A stretch of 43,443 nt of DNA, from NCBI GenBank assembly GCA_003510215.1, contig DOKQ01000097.1, positions 1-43,443 on the forward strand, in the 5' to 3' direction. This DNA comes from Erysipelotrichaceae bacterium (GTDB lineage Bacteria > Bacillota_I > Bacilli_A > Erysipelotrichales > Erysipelotrichaceae). This document shows positions 1 to 10,135 of this stretch, piece after piece. The stretch's first letter is position 1. Every line of letters starts with the position of its first letter. The notes beneath the pieces are model-generated. The model made no database searches. It saw only the letters and a list, made by a program, of their open reading frames with translations, and was not told where the DNA came from. The position numbers and the translations under genes were made by a program.

Positions 1-825
1 TTTAATGCTTCTTTATACTCGCCTTATGGGGTTGCAGGAGTTGAAACTCTTGGTCAGGAAATCATCGAACAGACTCGTAATCAATACCATAAAGATCCGT
101 CTGCAGTGATTATTACTCATGCGGGCGGTGGAAATGTCACAGCGACTGCAAGAGGTATCCAAAAGATGAAGGCAGATTCAGTGATTGTTGGTGCCAGTGT
201 GGATCTTTCGGGACTCTCGATGGCCAGTGACTATGATTTTAATCGAAAATCGTTTACCACCGGTCATACAGGCTTTGGATTTCCATTTGCACAAAATCCC
301 GATCGTTCGGATGTAGTCTTTTCAGCGGCTCGTCCACTGCGATATCTTGATCGCTATGTAACGGTCAAGCAAGGGGAAGTGTTCTATATCACGGAGGCAT
401 TGGCGAAACTTGAAGGTCTGGAACGGGGTCCGGCAGGAAACACCGCTTTAGCTGCTGCGTTTGTTTTAGCTCAGCAAATGAAAGAAGATGAACTGATTGT
501 GGTTCAGGAAACCGAGTATACCGGAGCAGGTAAGCATTTTAATGCCCAGCTCAGCTTCGCCAAGCATATGGGAATCCGGATTCGAGTGGGTGATCCGAAA
601 GATGAGATTGCGGGTGAGTCCATTGTGATTCCGGCACTTCCATCCTTGCTTCGCTATGATGAAGTGGATCTTGATAAAATGCGTAGATCCTATCTGAATA
701 ACAAGTTTAAAGAGATTTCTTCAGATGAATTGAGTGATGTTAACGTTGTATTCTTTATGGAAGAAACACGCTGTACAAAAGAGGAAATTATCCGCCAATG
801 GGAGGTTTTTTGTGAAAAGAAATGA
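1..825 (+). CDS. ortB: 2-amino-4-oxopentanoate thiolase beta subunit-like PLP enzyme (OrtB-like), 5' end outside window
   Basis: Frame 1 is open from base 1 (FNASLYSPYGVAGVETLGQEII... precedes the listed ORF), so the N-terminus is missing. The glycine-rich HAGGGN loop is typical of fold-type II PLP enzymes. The gene lies directly upstream of oraS and overlaps it, the ortB position in ornithine-fermentation clusters. Confidence 0.55.
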   Translation, partial: FNASLYSPYGVAGVETLGQEIIEQTRNQYHKDPSAVIITHAGGGNVTATARGIQKMKADSVIVGASVDLSGLSMASDYDFNRKSFTTGHTGFGFPFAQNPDRSDVVFSAARPLRYLDRYVTVKQGEVFYITEALAKLEGLERGPAGNTALAAAFVLAQQMKEDELIVVQETEYTGAGKHFNAQLSFAKHMGIRIRVGDPKDEIAGESIVIPALPSLLRYDEVDLDKMRRSYLNNKFKEISSDELSDVNVVFFMEETRCTKEEIIRQWEVFCEKK

Positions 826-1177
826 CGATATTATAACAAGAGGTGCTCATCTTCAGCACCTTGACGACCAGCAGTTGAATGAGCGCTTCTGGGAGTTGAC
901 CAAACAGTTGGTTGACCCACTGCTAAAGCTTGCATCAACATCCACTTCACCGTCGATTGAACGATCTGTGGCTATGCGAATGGGAGCTAGCAGCATTGAA
1001 GCTACCCGTCTGGTCTTTTTAGCTCAGCAGCAAATGATCCTCGAATATGGCATTGGTCATTTTTTGTATTTTATCGCAAAGGCCACAAAACAATCGTTAC
1101 GTGAAGTCATTGTGGCTGCTCAGGATGAACTGTATTTTGTTGAGCAGTGCAAACGATTTAAGGAGGCGATGCAATGA
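812..1177 (+). CDS. oraS: D-ornithine 4,5-aminomutase small subunit (OraS)
   Basis: GTG at 812 is preceded by GGGAGG (799-804) and gives 121 aa, the expected OraS size. The stop overlaps the oraE start (ATGA at 1174-1177). The listed ATG at 734 would overlap ortB by 92 nt and has no SD. Confidence 0.7.
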   Translation: MKRNDDIITRGAHLQHLDDQQLNERFWELTKQLVDPLLKLASTSTSPSIERSVAMRMGASSIEATRLVFLAQQQMILEYGIGHFLYFIAKATKQSLREVIVAAQDELYFVEQCKRFKEAMQ

Positions 1178-3375
1178 ATATCCATGAAAAAATCGATATT
1201 GAGATGATTCTTGAGGATTTAGAGCATTATCGGCCAAAGCGAAAAGGGTGGGTCTGGCGTACTGCTTTGCCCCAAACCCTGGGGCCTTTTAAGTATAAGG
1301 ATACATCCGCAACCCTAAGTAACTTTCAGCCTTTACCGGCAGCACATTCATTTAAAAACATTGACCCTCAACCAAAAGCTGTGATCACAACCGAGATTGC
1401 CAGCGGTCGTTTTGAGGATGATATCCGTCGAATGAGAATGGCTGCATGGCATGGTGCAGATCATATGATGGTGATTCGTACGGCCGGTCAAAGTCATTTT
1501 GATGGGTTGATTGAAGGTACACCTCAGGGAGTTGGAGGTATTCCGATTACGCGCAAGCAATTACGTGCTCAGCGAAAAGCTCTGGATTTAATCGAGGAGG
1601 AGGTCGGACGCCCGATTAACTATCACTCCTATGTCTCAGGTGTTGCAGGTCCGGAAATCGCAGCCATGTTTGTGGAAGAGGGGGTCAATGGGGCTCATCA
1701 GGATCCTCAGTATAACGTACTGTATCGAAATATTAATATGGTCCGATCCTTTGTGGATGCAGCGAGTTCAAAAGCTATGATGGCCTATGGTGAACTGGCA
1801 CAGATTGATGGTGCTCACAATGCCAATGCGACTGCAGTTGAAGCTTGGAAAGTCACTCCGGAACTACTGGTTCAGCATGCCATCAACTCATACTTTTCTT
1901 TGCAATGCGGAATCAAAAAGGAAAATATCTGTCTTTCAAGTGTGCCACCAACGGCACCACCGGCACCCTGTATGCGACTGGATTTACCCTACGCACTGGC
2001 GCTTAGAGATTTGTTTAAGGATTACAAGATTCGTGCACAGATGAATACCAAATATATGGAGTCCTCAACAAGGGAAGCTACGGTAACCCATACATTGAAT
2101 CTATTACTATCGGTACTTACAAGTGCGGATATCCAATCGACGATTACACCGGATGAAGGTAGAAATGTTCCTTGGCACATCTATAATATTGAAGCTGTCG
2201 ATACCGCAAAACAGGTCTTTTCAGGTTTGGATGGTATCAAAGAATATGTGCAGATTAACCGCAATCATCCGAAACTGAACGAAGAGATACGTGAACTGAA
2301 AATCCGTGCCATATGCATGCTTGAAGAAATGCTTGAGGTAGGTGGATATTTTGAATCTGTTGCTCAAGGATTTTTCGTTGATTCAGGATTTTATCCGCAG
2401 CGCAATGGCGATGGGATTGCCCGTCCAGTAGACGGTGGCATTGCTGCCAATACGATTGTTTCTAAAAATAAACGTTACTTTGCACCTGTAGAGGCGGTAT
2501 TTGGATATAACAATGTGGAGCAGTACAATGTATCTTCATCAAACCCATCCACGGCTATCGGAGGATCCACCTTTACTCATCCTGACTGGATTCAGTACAT
2601 CGATGAACTGGATGAAAGTGACAATGTTTATCAGCGACTCAATGACACGAAGCCATATAGAAATACAAACACGATTCGACCTGAAATGGAATGGCTGGGG
2701 GATGGGGTCGTCCTTTTGACCATGATGATTCCTGCCAAAGAGGATATTGCGATCGCTGGAGCACTTTCTGTGGCCAAACACATGAATCTTCAGGAAGCGG
2801 AAGTGATTTCTACTGAAATTATGCAATTGGCTGAGGGAACACGGGTTGAACTCAAAGGAAAAATTGAATTTGATATTGATATGACGACACTTAAAATTCC
2901 TCCGAAGAAAGAAGTCCTATCGGATGAATTTTTGAAAGACTACCTAGCCAGGTATCCAATGAAAATCGTTGCGGGAACTGTTGGGGAAGATGAACATTCC
3001 GTTGGCTTGCGGGAAATTATCGATATTAAGCATGGAGGGATTGAAAAATATGGCATTGACTGCCTATATCTTGGCACATCCGTTCCTCTTGAAAAATGTG
3101 TGGATGCGGCCATCGAAAGTGATGCTCAGGCCATTTTGATTTCAACGATTATCTCACATGATGATATTCACTATAAAAATATGAAAAAGCTTCATGATAT
3201 CTGTGTTGAAAAAGGGGTTCGAGACCGATTTTTACTTATTGCCGGAGGAACACAGGTATCTCCGGAAGTCGCAGTGGTTCAGGGAATCGATGCCGGATTT
3301 GGTCGGAAGACGAAAGGAAATCACGTTGCGACTTTCCTAGTGAAATATCGGAAGGATGTGCCTTATGAAGGCTGA
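1174..3375 (+). CDS. oraE: D-ornithine 4,5-aminomutase large subunit (OraE; PLP + adenosylcobalamin)
   Basis: 733 aa. SD AGGAGG 1161-1166. The C-terminal Rossmann-like module carries the base-off cobalamin motif DxHxxG (GEDEHSVGL), followed by LGTSVP...ILISTI...GG. Size and two-subunit context match OraS/OraE. Confidence 0.8.
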   Translation: MNIHEKIDIEMILEDLEHYRPKRKGWVWRTALPQTLGPFKYKDTSATLSNFQPLPAAHSFKNIDPQPKAVITTEIASGRFEDDIRRMRMAAWHGADHMMVIRTAGQSHFDGLIEGTPQGVGGIPITRKQLRAQRKALDLIEEEVGRPINYHSYVSGVAGPEIAAMFVEEGVNGAHQDPQYNVLYRNINMVRSFVDAASSKAMMAYGELAQIDGAHNANATAVEAWKVTPELLVQHAINSYFSLQCGIKKENICLSSVPPTAPPAPCMRLDLPYALALRDLFKDYKIRAQMNTKYMESSTREATVTHTLNLLLSVLTSADIQSTITPDEGRNVPWHIYNIEAVDTAKQVFSGLDGIKEYVQINRNHPKLNEEIRELKIRAICMLEEMLEVGGYFESVAQGFFVDSGFYPQRNGDGIARPVDGGIAANTIVSKNKRYFAPVEAVFGYNNVEQYNVSSSNPSTAIGGSTFTHPDWIQYIDELDESDNVYQRLNDTKPYRNTNTIRPEMEWLGDGVVLLTMMIPAKEDIAIAGALSVAKHMNLQEAEVISTEIMQLAEGTRVELKGKIEFDIDMTTLKIPPKKEVLSDEFLKDYLARYPMKIVAGTVGEDEHSVGLREIIDIKHGGIEKYGIDCLYLGTSVPLEKCVDAAIESDAQAILISTIISHDDIHYKNMKKLHDICVEKGVRDRFLLIAGGTQVSPEVAVVQGIDAGFGRKTKGNHVATFLVKYRKDVPYEG

Positions 3376-4705
3376 TTTACTGCTGGCAGAAATTGGCAGT
3401 ACCACAACCCTTGTCTTTGCGTTTGATTTAGTGGATCAACAGCTTATTCTAAAAGCACAAGGAGTTTCAGAAACAACTCAAGGTGAAACGTCAGTACTGG
3501 AGGGTTTAACAAAGGCCATTCATCATGCCTGTAGTGAAGGTATTGAGTATACACAGTTACATCTCAGTTCATCCGCTGCTGGCGGGTTATCTATGATTGT
3601 GGTCGGTCTGGTTAAGGATATGACCGTTAAAGCCGCAAGTGAAGCTGCACTTGGTGCTGGAGCAAACATCAAAGCCGTGGTTGTTGGAAAGCTGAGCGAA
3701 GATGATCTAGCGATGATTCAATCGACCCCATGTAATATTCTTTTGCTTGCGGGTGGAGTCGATTATGGTGAAAAGGAAACGGTGTTACACAACGCAACCA
3801 TGCTTGCACGCTTAAAACCATCATTTCCTATTATTTATGCTGGAAACAAAGTGGTAGCTAATCGAGTAAAACAGATTTTTGAACACGCAAAAACTGAAAT
3901 CTACGTGGTTGACAATGTTTACCCTACGATTGATGAGTTAGTAGTTGAGCCGGTCCGAAAGAAGATTCAGCAGGTATTTGAACGACACATTATTCATGCC
4001 AAAGGTATGAGTGAGTTGTCCTCCGTTGTTGATGGGCATATCATGCCAACACCGGCAGCTGTCAATACCTTGGCTGCCTTGATGCAACCCTGGTTGAAAC
4101 ATGTGATGGTGATTGATGTCGGCGGTGCAACGACCGATATTCATTCTGTCAACCCGGTTTCTTTACAATATAAACATCGTCAATTCTCTGTGGAACCGGA
4201 GGCAAAACGAACCGTGGAAGGTGACTTGGGTGTTTTTAAGAATCGCTATCATCTATATGATTCCTTATCATATAGTACGTATCCACGTTCTTTATTGGAT
4301 GATTTTGAGGCGATTACACTAACGGAAGAGCAAAGTCTACTGCGGGATGAACTGACGAAACATGCTGTGAAAACAGCCTTATTGCGACATGTAGGCAAAA
4401 TTAAGATTAGTTATGGATCTACAGGAAGAACGACGATAATCGATGGCAAGGATTGTACCAATATTAATACGATTGTATTAACAGGTGGTGCTCTATTGTA
4501 TCATCAGAATCCTGAAACTATGATTAAAGAAATTCTTGATACCTATCAGGGTCAATATCTGCTACCATCCTCTGATGTCTGTATTGTTAAAGATACAGAT
4601 TATCTCTGGTCAAGTCTGGGAGTTTTATCATTGAGCTATCCGGAAGAGGTCAAAGCATTTTTGAAAAAGCACTATCAGGAGGATTGGTTATGTATCCAAA
4701 ACTGA
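3365..4705 (+). CDS. GlmL/MutL-like ASKHA-fold accessory protein (putative mutase reactivase/chaperone)
   Basis: ATG 3365 with GGAAGG at 3350-3355. It overlaps the oraE stop (3373-3375). LLAEIGSTTTLV near the N-terminus and VIDVGGATTDIHS mid-protein look like the two phosphate loops of actin/Hsp70/sugar-kinase-fold ATPases, as in the GlmL accessory protein of glutamate mutase. Confidence 0.55.
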   Translation: MKADLLLAEIGSTTTLVFAFDLVDQQLILKAQGVSETTQGETSVLEGLTKAIHHACSEGIEYTQLHLSSSAAGGLSMIVVGLVKDMTVKAASEAALGAGANIKAVVVGKLSEDDLAMIQSTPCNILLLAGGVDYGEKETVLHNATMLARLKPSFPIIYAGNKVVANRVKQIFEHAKTEIYVVDNVYPTIDELVVEPVRKKIQQVFERHIIHAKGMSELSSVVDGHIMPTPAAVNTLAALMQPWLKHVMVIDVGGATTDIHSVNPVSLQYKHRQFSVEPEAKRTVEGDLGVFKNRYHLYDSLSYSTYPRSLLDDFEAITLTEEQSLLRDELTKHAVKTALLRHVGKIKISYGSTGRTTIIDGKDCTNINTIVLTGGALLYHQNPETMIKEILDTYQGQYLLPSSDVCIVKDTDYLWSSLGVLSLSYPEEVKAFLKKHYQEDWLCIQN

Positions 4706-5757
4706 GTATTGATTTAAGTAAATTGGATCACAATATCAAGACGATTTTAAAATTATGTGAATTCTATCATCTTGAAGTTGTTGGGGTAACCAAAGCGTTG
4801 TCGGGTCATCCGGATGTTGCTCAGACGATGATGGAAGCAGGTCTTTCAATTTTATCGGATTCCCGCTGTGAAAATCTATTGAAGTATCAGTCACTTCCAG
4901 TTAAGAAAATGTTATTGCGATTGCCTATGCTAAGTGAACTGGAAGATGTGGTCATGCTTGCTGATATTTCGCTGCATTCTGAAGTTGTGACTTTGAAAGC
5001 AATCAATGAAATCGCAAAGAATCTTCAGTTGATTCATGAAGTGATGATTATGGTTGATATGGGTGATTTACGTGAAGGGATTTTCTATCAGGAAGAACTG
5101 GATGCAGTGATTGAAACAATCAAACAATGCACCCATCTTCGATGTATCGGTATCGGAACAAATCTATCCTGTTACGGGGGATTAATACCTACCCAACAAA
5201 TCTTAACAAAACTGGTCAACTTGCAGCGGTATACAGTCAATCATTTGCCGAGCTGCAAGGTCATTTCAGGAGGGAACTCGAGTACGCTTCATCTGATGCT
5301 TACAGAAAAGACTTTGCCACCCATTACTCAGCTTCGTTTAGGGGAGTCGCTTTTTCTTGGTGTGGAAACAGCCTATGGAATGCGTCTAGAAGACACCTAT
5401 GATGATGTTTGTTTATTGGAAGCAGAGGTCATTGAGGTTAAACATAAACCTTCAGCACCCCAAGGAAAAATCGGACGTAATGCGTTTGGTGAGGTGAAAC
5501 AGTTTAAGGATGTGGGTGAGCGTTTTGTCTGTATCTGTGCTGTGGGGTTGCAGGATACCGATGTCACTATGACTCCATGCAATGAGGATTTGCGTATACT
5601 TGGGGCGAGTAGCGATCATCTTCTACTTGAAATAACCAATGGCAGCGACATTGCTGTAGGGGATATTCTTTCATTTAAACTCTCCTATGGAAGTCTTTTA
5701 AAAGCATCGACCAGTCCCTATGTGAATAAGGAAATGGTGAAATCCTTCTTAAAGTAA
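4690..5757 (+). CDS. orr: Ornithine racemase (alanine-racemase-fold PLP enzyme)
   Basis: SD AGGAGG 4677-4682, ATG 4690. N-terminal VGVTKA lysine motif of alanine-racemase-fold enzymes. About 355 aa, and the last gene of the ora cluster as in described ornithine-fermenting clostridia. Confidence 0.65.
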   Translation: MYPKLSIDLSKLDHNIKTILKLCEFYHLEVVGVTKALSGHPDVAQTMMEAGLSILSDSRCENLLKYQSLPVKKMLLRLPMLSELEDVVMLADISLHSEVVTLKAINEIAKNLQLIHEVMIMVDMGDLREGIFYQEELDAVIETIKQCTHLRCIGIGTNLSCYGGLIPTQQILTKLVNLQRYTVNHLPSCKVISGGNSSTLHLMLTEKTLPPITQLRLGESLFLGVETAYGMRLEDTYDDVCLLEAEVIEVKHKPSAPQGKIGRNAFGEVKQFKDVGERFVCICAVGLQDTDVTMTPCNEDLRILGASSDHLLLEITNGSDIAVGDILSFKLSYGSLLKASTSPYVNKEMVKSFLK

Positions 5758-5783
5758 GACGATCCGTGAAATCTATCCCTTGA

Positions 5784-5810
5784 AATACTTGTTTAATAAG
5801 TGTATTTTTT
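5784..5810 (+). terminator. Weak AT-rich hairpin plus T-run after orr
   Basis: aatactt-gtttaat-aagtgtatt followed by tttttt. The stem is short, AT-rich and has a wobble pair. Confidence 0.25.
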
Positions 5811-5847
5811 GTGATAGAATGATAAAGATAAATATAGAGGTGAAAAA

Positions 5848-8022
5848 ATGCTAAAAGAAGTATTTAAATTAGACTTCGCTGGAAGAAGTCTTTCTGTTGA
5901 AACTGGGGAAATTGCAAAGCAAGCCGGAGGATCTGTACTGATTCGTTATGAAGATACAGTCGTGTTATCAACAGCAACGGCAAGTAAGAATGCCAAAGAT
6001 CTTGATTTTTTTCCATTAACCGTGTTATATGAGGAAAAATTGTATTCAGTAGGTAAAATCCCAGGAGGATTTTTACGTCGTGAAGGGCGTCCAAGTGAAC
6101 ATGCCACATTAACCGCACGTTTGATAGACCGTCCATTGCGTCCACTATTTGCGGATGGATTCCGTAATGAAGTTCAGGTTGTCAACACCGTATTGTCGGC
6201 TGACAACGATTGCTCCCCAGATATGGCAGCCATGTTTGGTGCATCCTTGGCCCTGTGCGTCTCGGATATCCCATTCAATGGTCCAATCGCAGGTGTCAAT
6301 GTTGGCCGTATCAATGGGGAATTGGTGATTAACCCTACCGTTGAAGAAATGGAACGTTCAGATATTGATCTTATCGTTGCCGGAACTAAGAAGGCAATCA
6401 ATATGGTTGAGGCTGGAGCCAAAGAGGTTAGTGAAGAAGCGATGCTTGAAGCCATGCTTTTTGGACATGAGTTTATTAAGAAGCTTTGTGAGTTCCAGGA
6501 AGAAATCGCATCAAAAGTCGGTAAGGAAAAGCGTGAAATCAAATTGCAGGTAGTTGAAGAAACTCTTGACAAGGAGATTCGTGAACTTGCACAATCCCGT
6601 ATGGAAGAGGCCGTAAGAATCAAGGAAAAACTGGTTCGTTATGGTGCTATCGATGATATTGAAGCTGAGATGATTGAACATTTCAGTGCAAAAGAGTATG
6701 CTAGTGAAAAAATAAAGGATAAGACAATCAAACAAGTCAAGGAAGTTTGTCATGATATAGTTGCCAATGAAGTGCGTCGTTTAATCTCAGTTGAAAAAGT
6801 TCGTCCGGATGGTCGTGCGGTCGATGAGTTGCGTGCACTGAATTCACAAATTGATTTGCTCCCTCGGGTACATGGTTCCGCTTTGTTCACCCGTGGTGAG
6901 ACACAAATCTTATCCGTGTGTACCTTAGGAGCTATGGGTGATACCCAAATTATTGATGATTTATCCCTTGTTGAATCCAAGCGGTTTATGCATCACTACA
7001 ACTTCCCACCATATTCTGTTGGTGAAACAGGACGAATGGGTGCACCTGGCCGTCGTGAGATTGGGCATGGAGCTTTAGGTGAGCGTGCATTGGCTCAAGT
7101 TCTTCCTTCTGAGGAAGAGTTCCCATATGCAATCCGCTTAGTGGCTGAAACACTGGAATCCAATGGATCATCCTCACAAGCGTCTATTTGTGCCGGTTCT
7201 ATGGCGCTGATGGCTGCAGGTGTTCCAATTAAAGCGCCTGTGTCCGGTATTGCGATGGGTCTTGTGACCTGGGGCGATCATTACACGGTGTTAACGGACA
7301 TTCAGGGTATGGAAGATCACTTTGGGGACATGGACTTTAAAGTTGCTGGAACCAAAGATGGAATTACTGCCTTGCAGATGGATATTAAAATCGAGGGTCT
7401 GACGACTGAAATCCTGACGGAAGCTTTGGCTCAGGCTAAAACAGCTCGAGTATTGATTATGGAAAATATGCTTGCTACTATTGATACTCCACGTGAGCAG
7501 GTAAGTAAGTATGCTCCGAAGATGTTCTCAATGAAAGTGCCTGTAGATAAGATTCGTGAAATTATTGGTACCGGCGGGAAAATCATTAATCAGATTATCG
7601 CTGATTGCAACGATGTCAAGATTGATATCGAAGATGATGGACGCGTGGTTATCTATCATACGGATTATGAATCCATTCAGAAAGCAGCTAACATGATTGA
7701 AACGATCATCAAAGTTGCGAAAGTTGGAGAGATTTATGATGGTAAGGTTGTTCGTGTTGAGAAGTTTGGTGCATTTGTGGAATTATTTACAGGAACCGAT
7801 GGATTATTACATGTTTCCAAAATTGCTTGGGAACGAGTTGAAAATCCGGAAGATGTTCTGAAAATTGGAGATATTGTCAAGGTTAAAGTTGTTGAAATCG
7901 ATGATAAGGGTCGTGTCAATGTGTCTCGCCGTGACTTGCTTGAAAAACCTGAAGGTTTTGTTGAAGAGCCAAAACGTGAGAGAAAACCATTTGATCGCAA
8001 CCGTCGTCCAAAAAGAGATTAG
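5848..8022 (+). CDS. pnp: Polyribonucleotide nucleotidyltransferase (PNPase)
   Basis: 724 aa. SD AGAGGTGA. Two RNase PH-like halves (FFPLTV...[16 protein letters not shown]; [12 protein letters not shown]...GRREIGHG). C-terminal KH region and S1 domain ([20 protein letters not shown]). Confidence 0.97.
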   Translation: MLKEVFKLDFAGRSLSVETGEIAKQAGGSVLIRYEDTVVLSTATASKNAKDLDFFPLTVLYEEKLYSVGKIPGGFLRREGRPSEHATLTARLIDRPLRPLFADGFRNEVQVVNTVLSADNDCSPDMAAMFGASLALCVSDIPFNGPIAGVNVGRINGELVINPTVEEMERSDIDLIVAGTKKAINMVEAGAKEVSEEAMLEAMLFGHEFIKKLCEFQEEIASKVGKEKREIKLQVVEETLDKEIRELAQSRMEEAVRIKEKLVRYGAIDDIEAEMIEHFSAKEYASEKIKDKTIKQVKEVCHDIVANEVRRLISVEKVRPDGRAVDELRALNSQIDLLPRVHGSALFTRGETQILSVCTLGAMGDTQIIDDLSLVESKRFMHHYNFPPYSVGETGRMGAPGRREIGHGALGERALAQVLPSEEEFPYAIRLVAETLESNGSSSQASICAGSMALMAAGVPIKAPVSGIAMGLVTWGDHYTVLTDIQGMEDHFGDMDFKVAGTKDGITALQMDIKIEGLTTEILTEALAQAKTARVLIMENMLATIDTPREQVSKYAPKMFSMKVPVDKIREIIGTGGKIINQIIADCNDVKIDIEDDGRVVIYHTDYESIQKAANMIETIIKVAKVGEIYDGKVVRVEKFGAFVELFTGTDGLLHVSKIAWERVENPEDVLKIGDIVKVKVVEIDDKGRVNVSRRDLLEKPEGFVEEPKRERKPFDRNRRPKRD

Positions 8023-8033
8023 TCTATAAGCAG

Positions 8034-8058
8034 AAAGCTGGTTCGCCAGCTTTTTTTT
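8034..8058 (+). terminator. Intrinsic terminator after pnp
   Basis: aaagctgg-ttcg-ccagcttt stem-loop followed by a run of T to 8058. Confidence 0.85.
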
Positions 8059-8121
8059 CAAGGTTACTTTGTCTATCTGTTGTGGCTGTGATAAAATAAT
8101 AGAAGAAAAGGTGGTAATAAC

Positions 8122-9507
8122 ATGAACTTTAAAGAACTTAGTGAAAAATATACAGATTCAATGATCGAAGATTTGCGACAGCTGATTGCTATACCTTCGT
8201 TACTGGACCTCCAAAGTGCAACTGAACACGCACCTTTTGGTGTTAATGTTCGTAAGTCGCTGGATTGGATGCTGGAAAAAGCAAAAGCGGATGGATTTGA
8301 TGTTCTGGATATCGATGGATATGCCGGTGTTATTTCTTTTGGTCAAGGAGAAGAAAGTGTTGGCGTGTTAGGACACCTTGACATCGTACCGATAGGTGAG
8401 GGATGGACCAAAGATCCTTTTGGTGGTGAAATCGTGGATGGAATCATGTATGGTCGCGGTACTGGGGATGATAAAGGACCGACAATGGCGGCTTATACAG
8501 CGATGAAAATGCTGAAAGATATAGATCCAAATCCAAAGCGTAAGATTATGCTGATTGTTGGTTGTGATGAAGAAACCGGAATGAGATGTATGAAGCACTA
8601 CCTGGAGGTTGGAGAAATTCCAACGATGGGATTTGTTCCAGACGCAGGATTTCCGGTCATTTATGGTGAAAAAGGGATTTTAAATGTTAAATTGAGTGGG
8701 AAACATCCGAGCGTAATATCATCGTTTCATGCGGGTGAACGTCCGAATATTGTCATTGGTAAAGCCAGTGTGACCATCGATGGTCCGGTAAAAAAGGATG
8801 AACTTGATTTTTATGCTCAAGCTACCCGTACGTTTGCAAACTACACTGTCAATGAAAACTTGGTGACCTACACCTTTATGGGAACATATTCTCATGCCTC
8901 CACTCCTCAACATGGTCTCAATGCTGCTGTGCATGCTCTAAACTTTGTGGGTGTGGCTTACAATGATACCGCGGCTGCACAGATGAGCCAGCTTGTCTTT
9001 GATTATCATGGCCGTGCGATCAATAACTTTGTTGAAGGAGCTCACATGGGTAATCTGACAAGCAATCTGGGGATTGTAAGTATTGAAAATGGAATGGTCG
9101 AACTGACGTTGGATATTCGTTATCCGAATGATGTATCTTTTGATATGATTATGGAGAAATTGAATCGTCGCGTACTGCAAGTTGCACCTTGGTTGTCTAT
9201 AGATGTGATTGCACACAAGGAACCGATGTTTGTCGATCCGCAAAGTGAACTTGTTTCAACACTTATGAACGTCTATCAGGAAATGACCGGGGATACCTTT
9301 ACACCTGCACTTACGATGGGTGGAGGTACTTATGCACGGACATTACCTAATTTTGTTGCGTTTGGTATGCAATTTCCAAAAAGAAATCGTCCGGATTTTG
9401 TCGGAGATGCTCATCAAAAGGATGAGGGAATTTTTGTAGAGGATTTAGTTTTGGCAACAGCCATTTATGCGGAGGCATTAAAACGTTTAGCTTATGAGAA
9501 TGCGTAA
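8122..9507 (+). CDS. pepV: M20-family dipeptidase (PepV-like)
   Basis: 461 aa. Metal-binding region GHLDIVPIGEGWTKDPFGG...GRGTGDDKGP and CDEETG, typical of M20A/PepV dipeptidases. Confidence 0.85.
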   Translation: MNFKELSEKYTDSMIEDLRQLIAIPSLLDLQSATEHAPFGVNVRKSLDWMLEKAKADGFDVLDIDGYAGVISFGQGEESVGVLGHLDIVPIGEGWTKDPFGGEIVDGIMYGRGTGDDKGPTMAAYTAMKMLKDIDPNPKRKIMLIVGCDEETGMRCMKHYLEVGEIPTMGFVPDAGFPVIYGEKGILNVKLSGKHPSVISSFHAGERPNIVIGKASVTIDGPVKKDELDFYAQATRTFANYTVNENLVTYTFMGTYSHASTPQHGLNAAVHALNFVGVAYNDTAAAQMSQLVFDYHGRAINNFVEGAHMGNLTSNLGIVSIENGMVELTLDIRYPNDVSFDMIMEKLNRRVLQVAPWLSIDVIAHKEPMFVDPQSELVSTLMNVYQEMTGDTFTPALTMGGGTYARTLPNFVAFGMQFPKRNRPDFVGDAHQKDEGIFVEDLVLATAIYAEALKRLAYENA

Positions 9508-10135
9508 AAAAACATGGGCTTTGCCACTTTTGCAAAGTCATCCTGATATTGTTGTTGAGCATCCTGAACAGCTTTGTGGTCAATGGAAAGAGCTACTTGG
9601 GGTGAATGAAATCTCTGTTGAGATTGGTTGTGGCAAAGGCGATTACTGGATTTCAATGGCAAAGAAGCATCCCGAACGTGGATGGATTGCGATTGAGAAG
9701 GACTATAATGTGGCTGCAGTTGCGCTAAGAAAAATGCTGGAGCATCCACTAAGAAACATGAGATTGATTGTTGGGGATGCGAAAGGGTTTGATCAGTGGT
9801 TTTCTGAGGGTGAAATTGATGTGATTCATCTGAATTTTAGTGATCCGTGGCCAAAGAAAGGTCACTCAAAACGTCGACTTAGTCATGGAGAGTTTTTGAC
9901 AAGTTATCATCGTGCACTTGCAGCAGATGGAGAAATCCGTATGAAGACGGATAATTCCCAATTATTTGAGTTTACGTGTGTATCCATGGCTCAGCATCCA
10001 TGGAAGTTGATGGAAATGTCAGTTGATTTTCGTCGAGATGAGCATCCTGAAGATGCCATCACAGAATATGAACAGCGTTTTATGGACTTGAACATGCCGA
10101 TTTATCGAGGCGTATGGAGGAAAATCAATGAATAA
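9494..10135 (+). CDS. trmB: tRNA (guanine46-N7)-methyltransferase
   Basis: 213 aa. N-terminus MRMRKKTW resembles Bacillus TrmB. SAM-binding EIGCGKG and NFSDPWPKK motifs. Overlaps the pepV stop by 14 nt. Confidence 0.9.
   Translation: MRMRKKTWALPLLQSHPDIVVEHPEQLCGQWKELLGVNEISVEIGCGKGDYWISMAKKHPERGWIAIEKDYNVAAVALRKMLEHPLRNMRLIVGDAKGFDQWFSEGEIDVIHLNFSDPWPKKGHSKRRLSHGEFLTSYHRALAADGEIRMKTDNSQLFEFTCVSMAQHPWKLMEMSVDFRRDEHPEDAITEYEQRFMDLNMPIYRGVWRKINE

Noticed and set aside
734-811. Upstream-extended starts given in the ORF track: 734 for oraS, 28914 for thiI, 33078 for rimM, 36935 for rplS, 37242 for lepB, 39272 for dprA, 3356, 4684, 11219, 12545 and 14860
   Set aside because: Each extension overlaps the preceding gene or a terminator and lacks an SD. 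In every case an internal ATG or GTG with a well-spaced GGAGG-type SD gives the N-terminus expected for the family.
6174-6623. 149-aa minus-strand ORF inside pnp, and similar antisense ORFs at 10634-10948, 26373-26777, 29774-30115 and 15156-15497
   Set aside because: All lie wholly within confidently identified plus-strand genes. Their translations are Ser-rich and low-complexity, and none has a ribosome-binding site. They are shadow ORFs.
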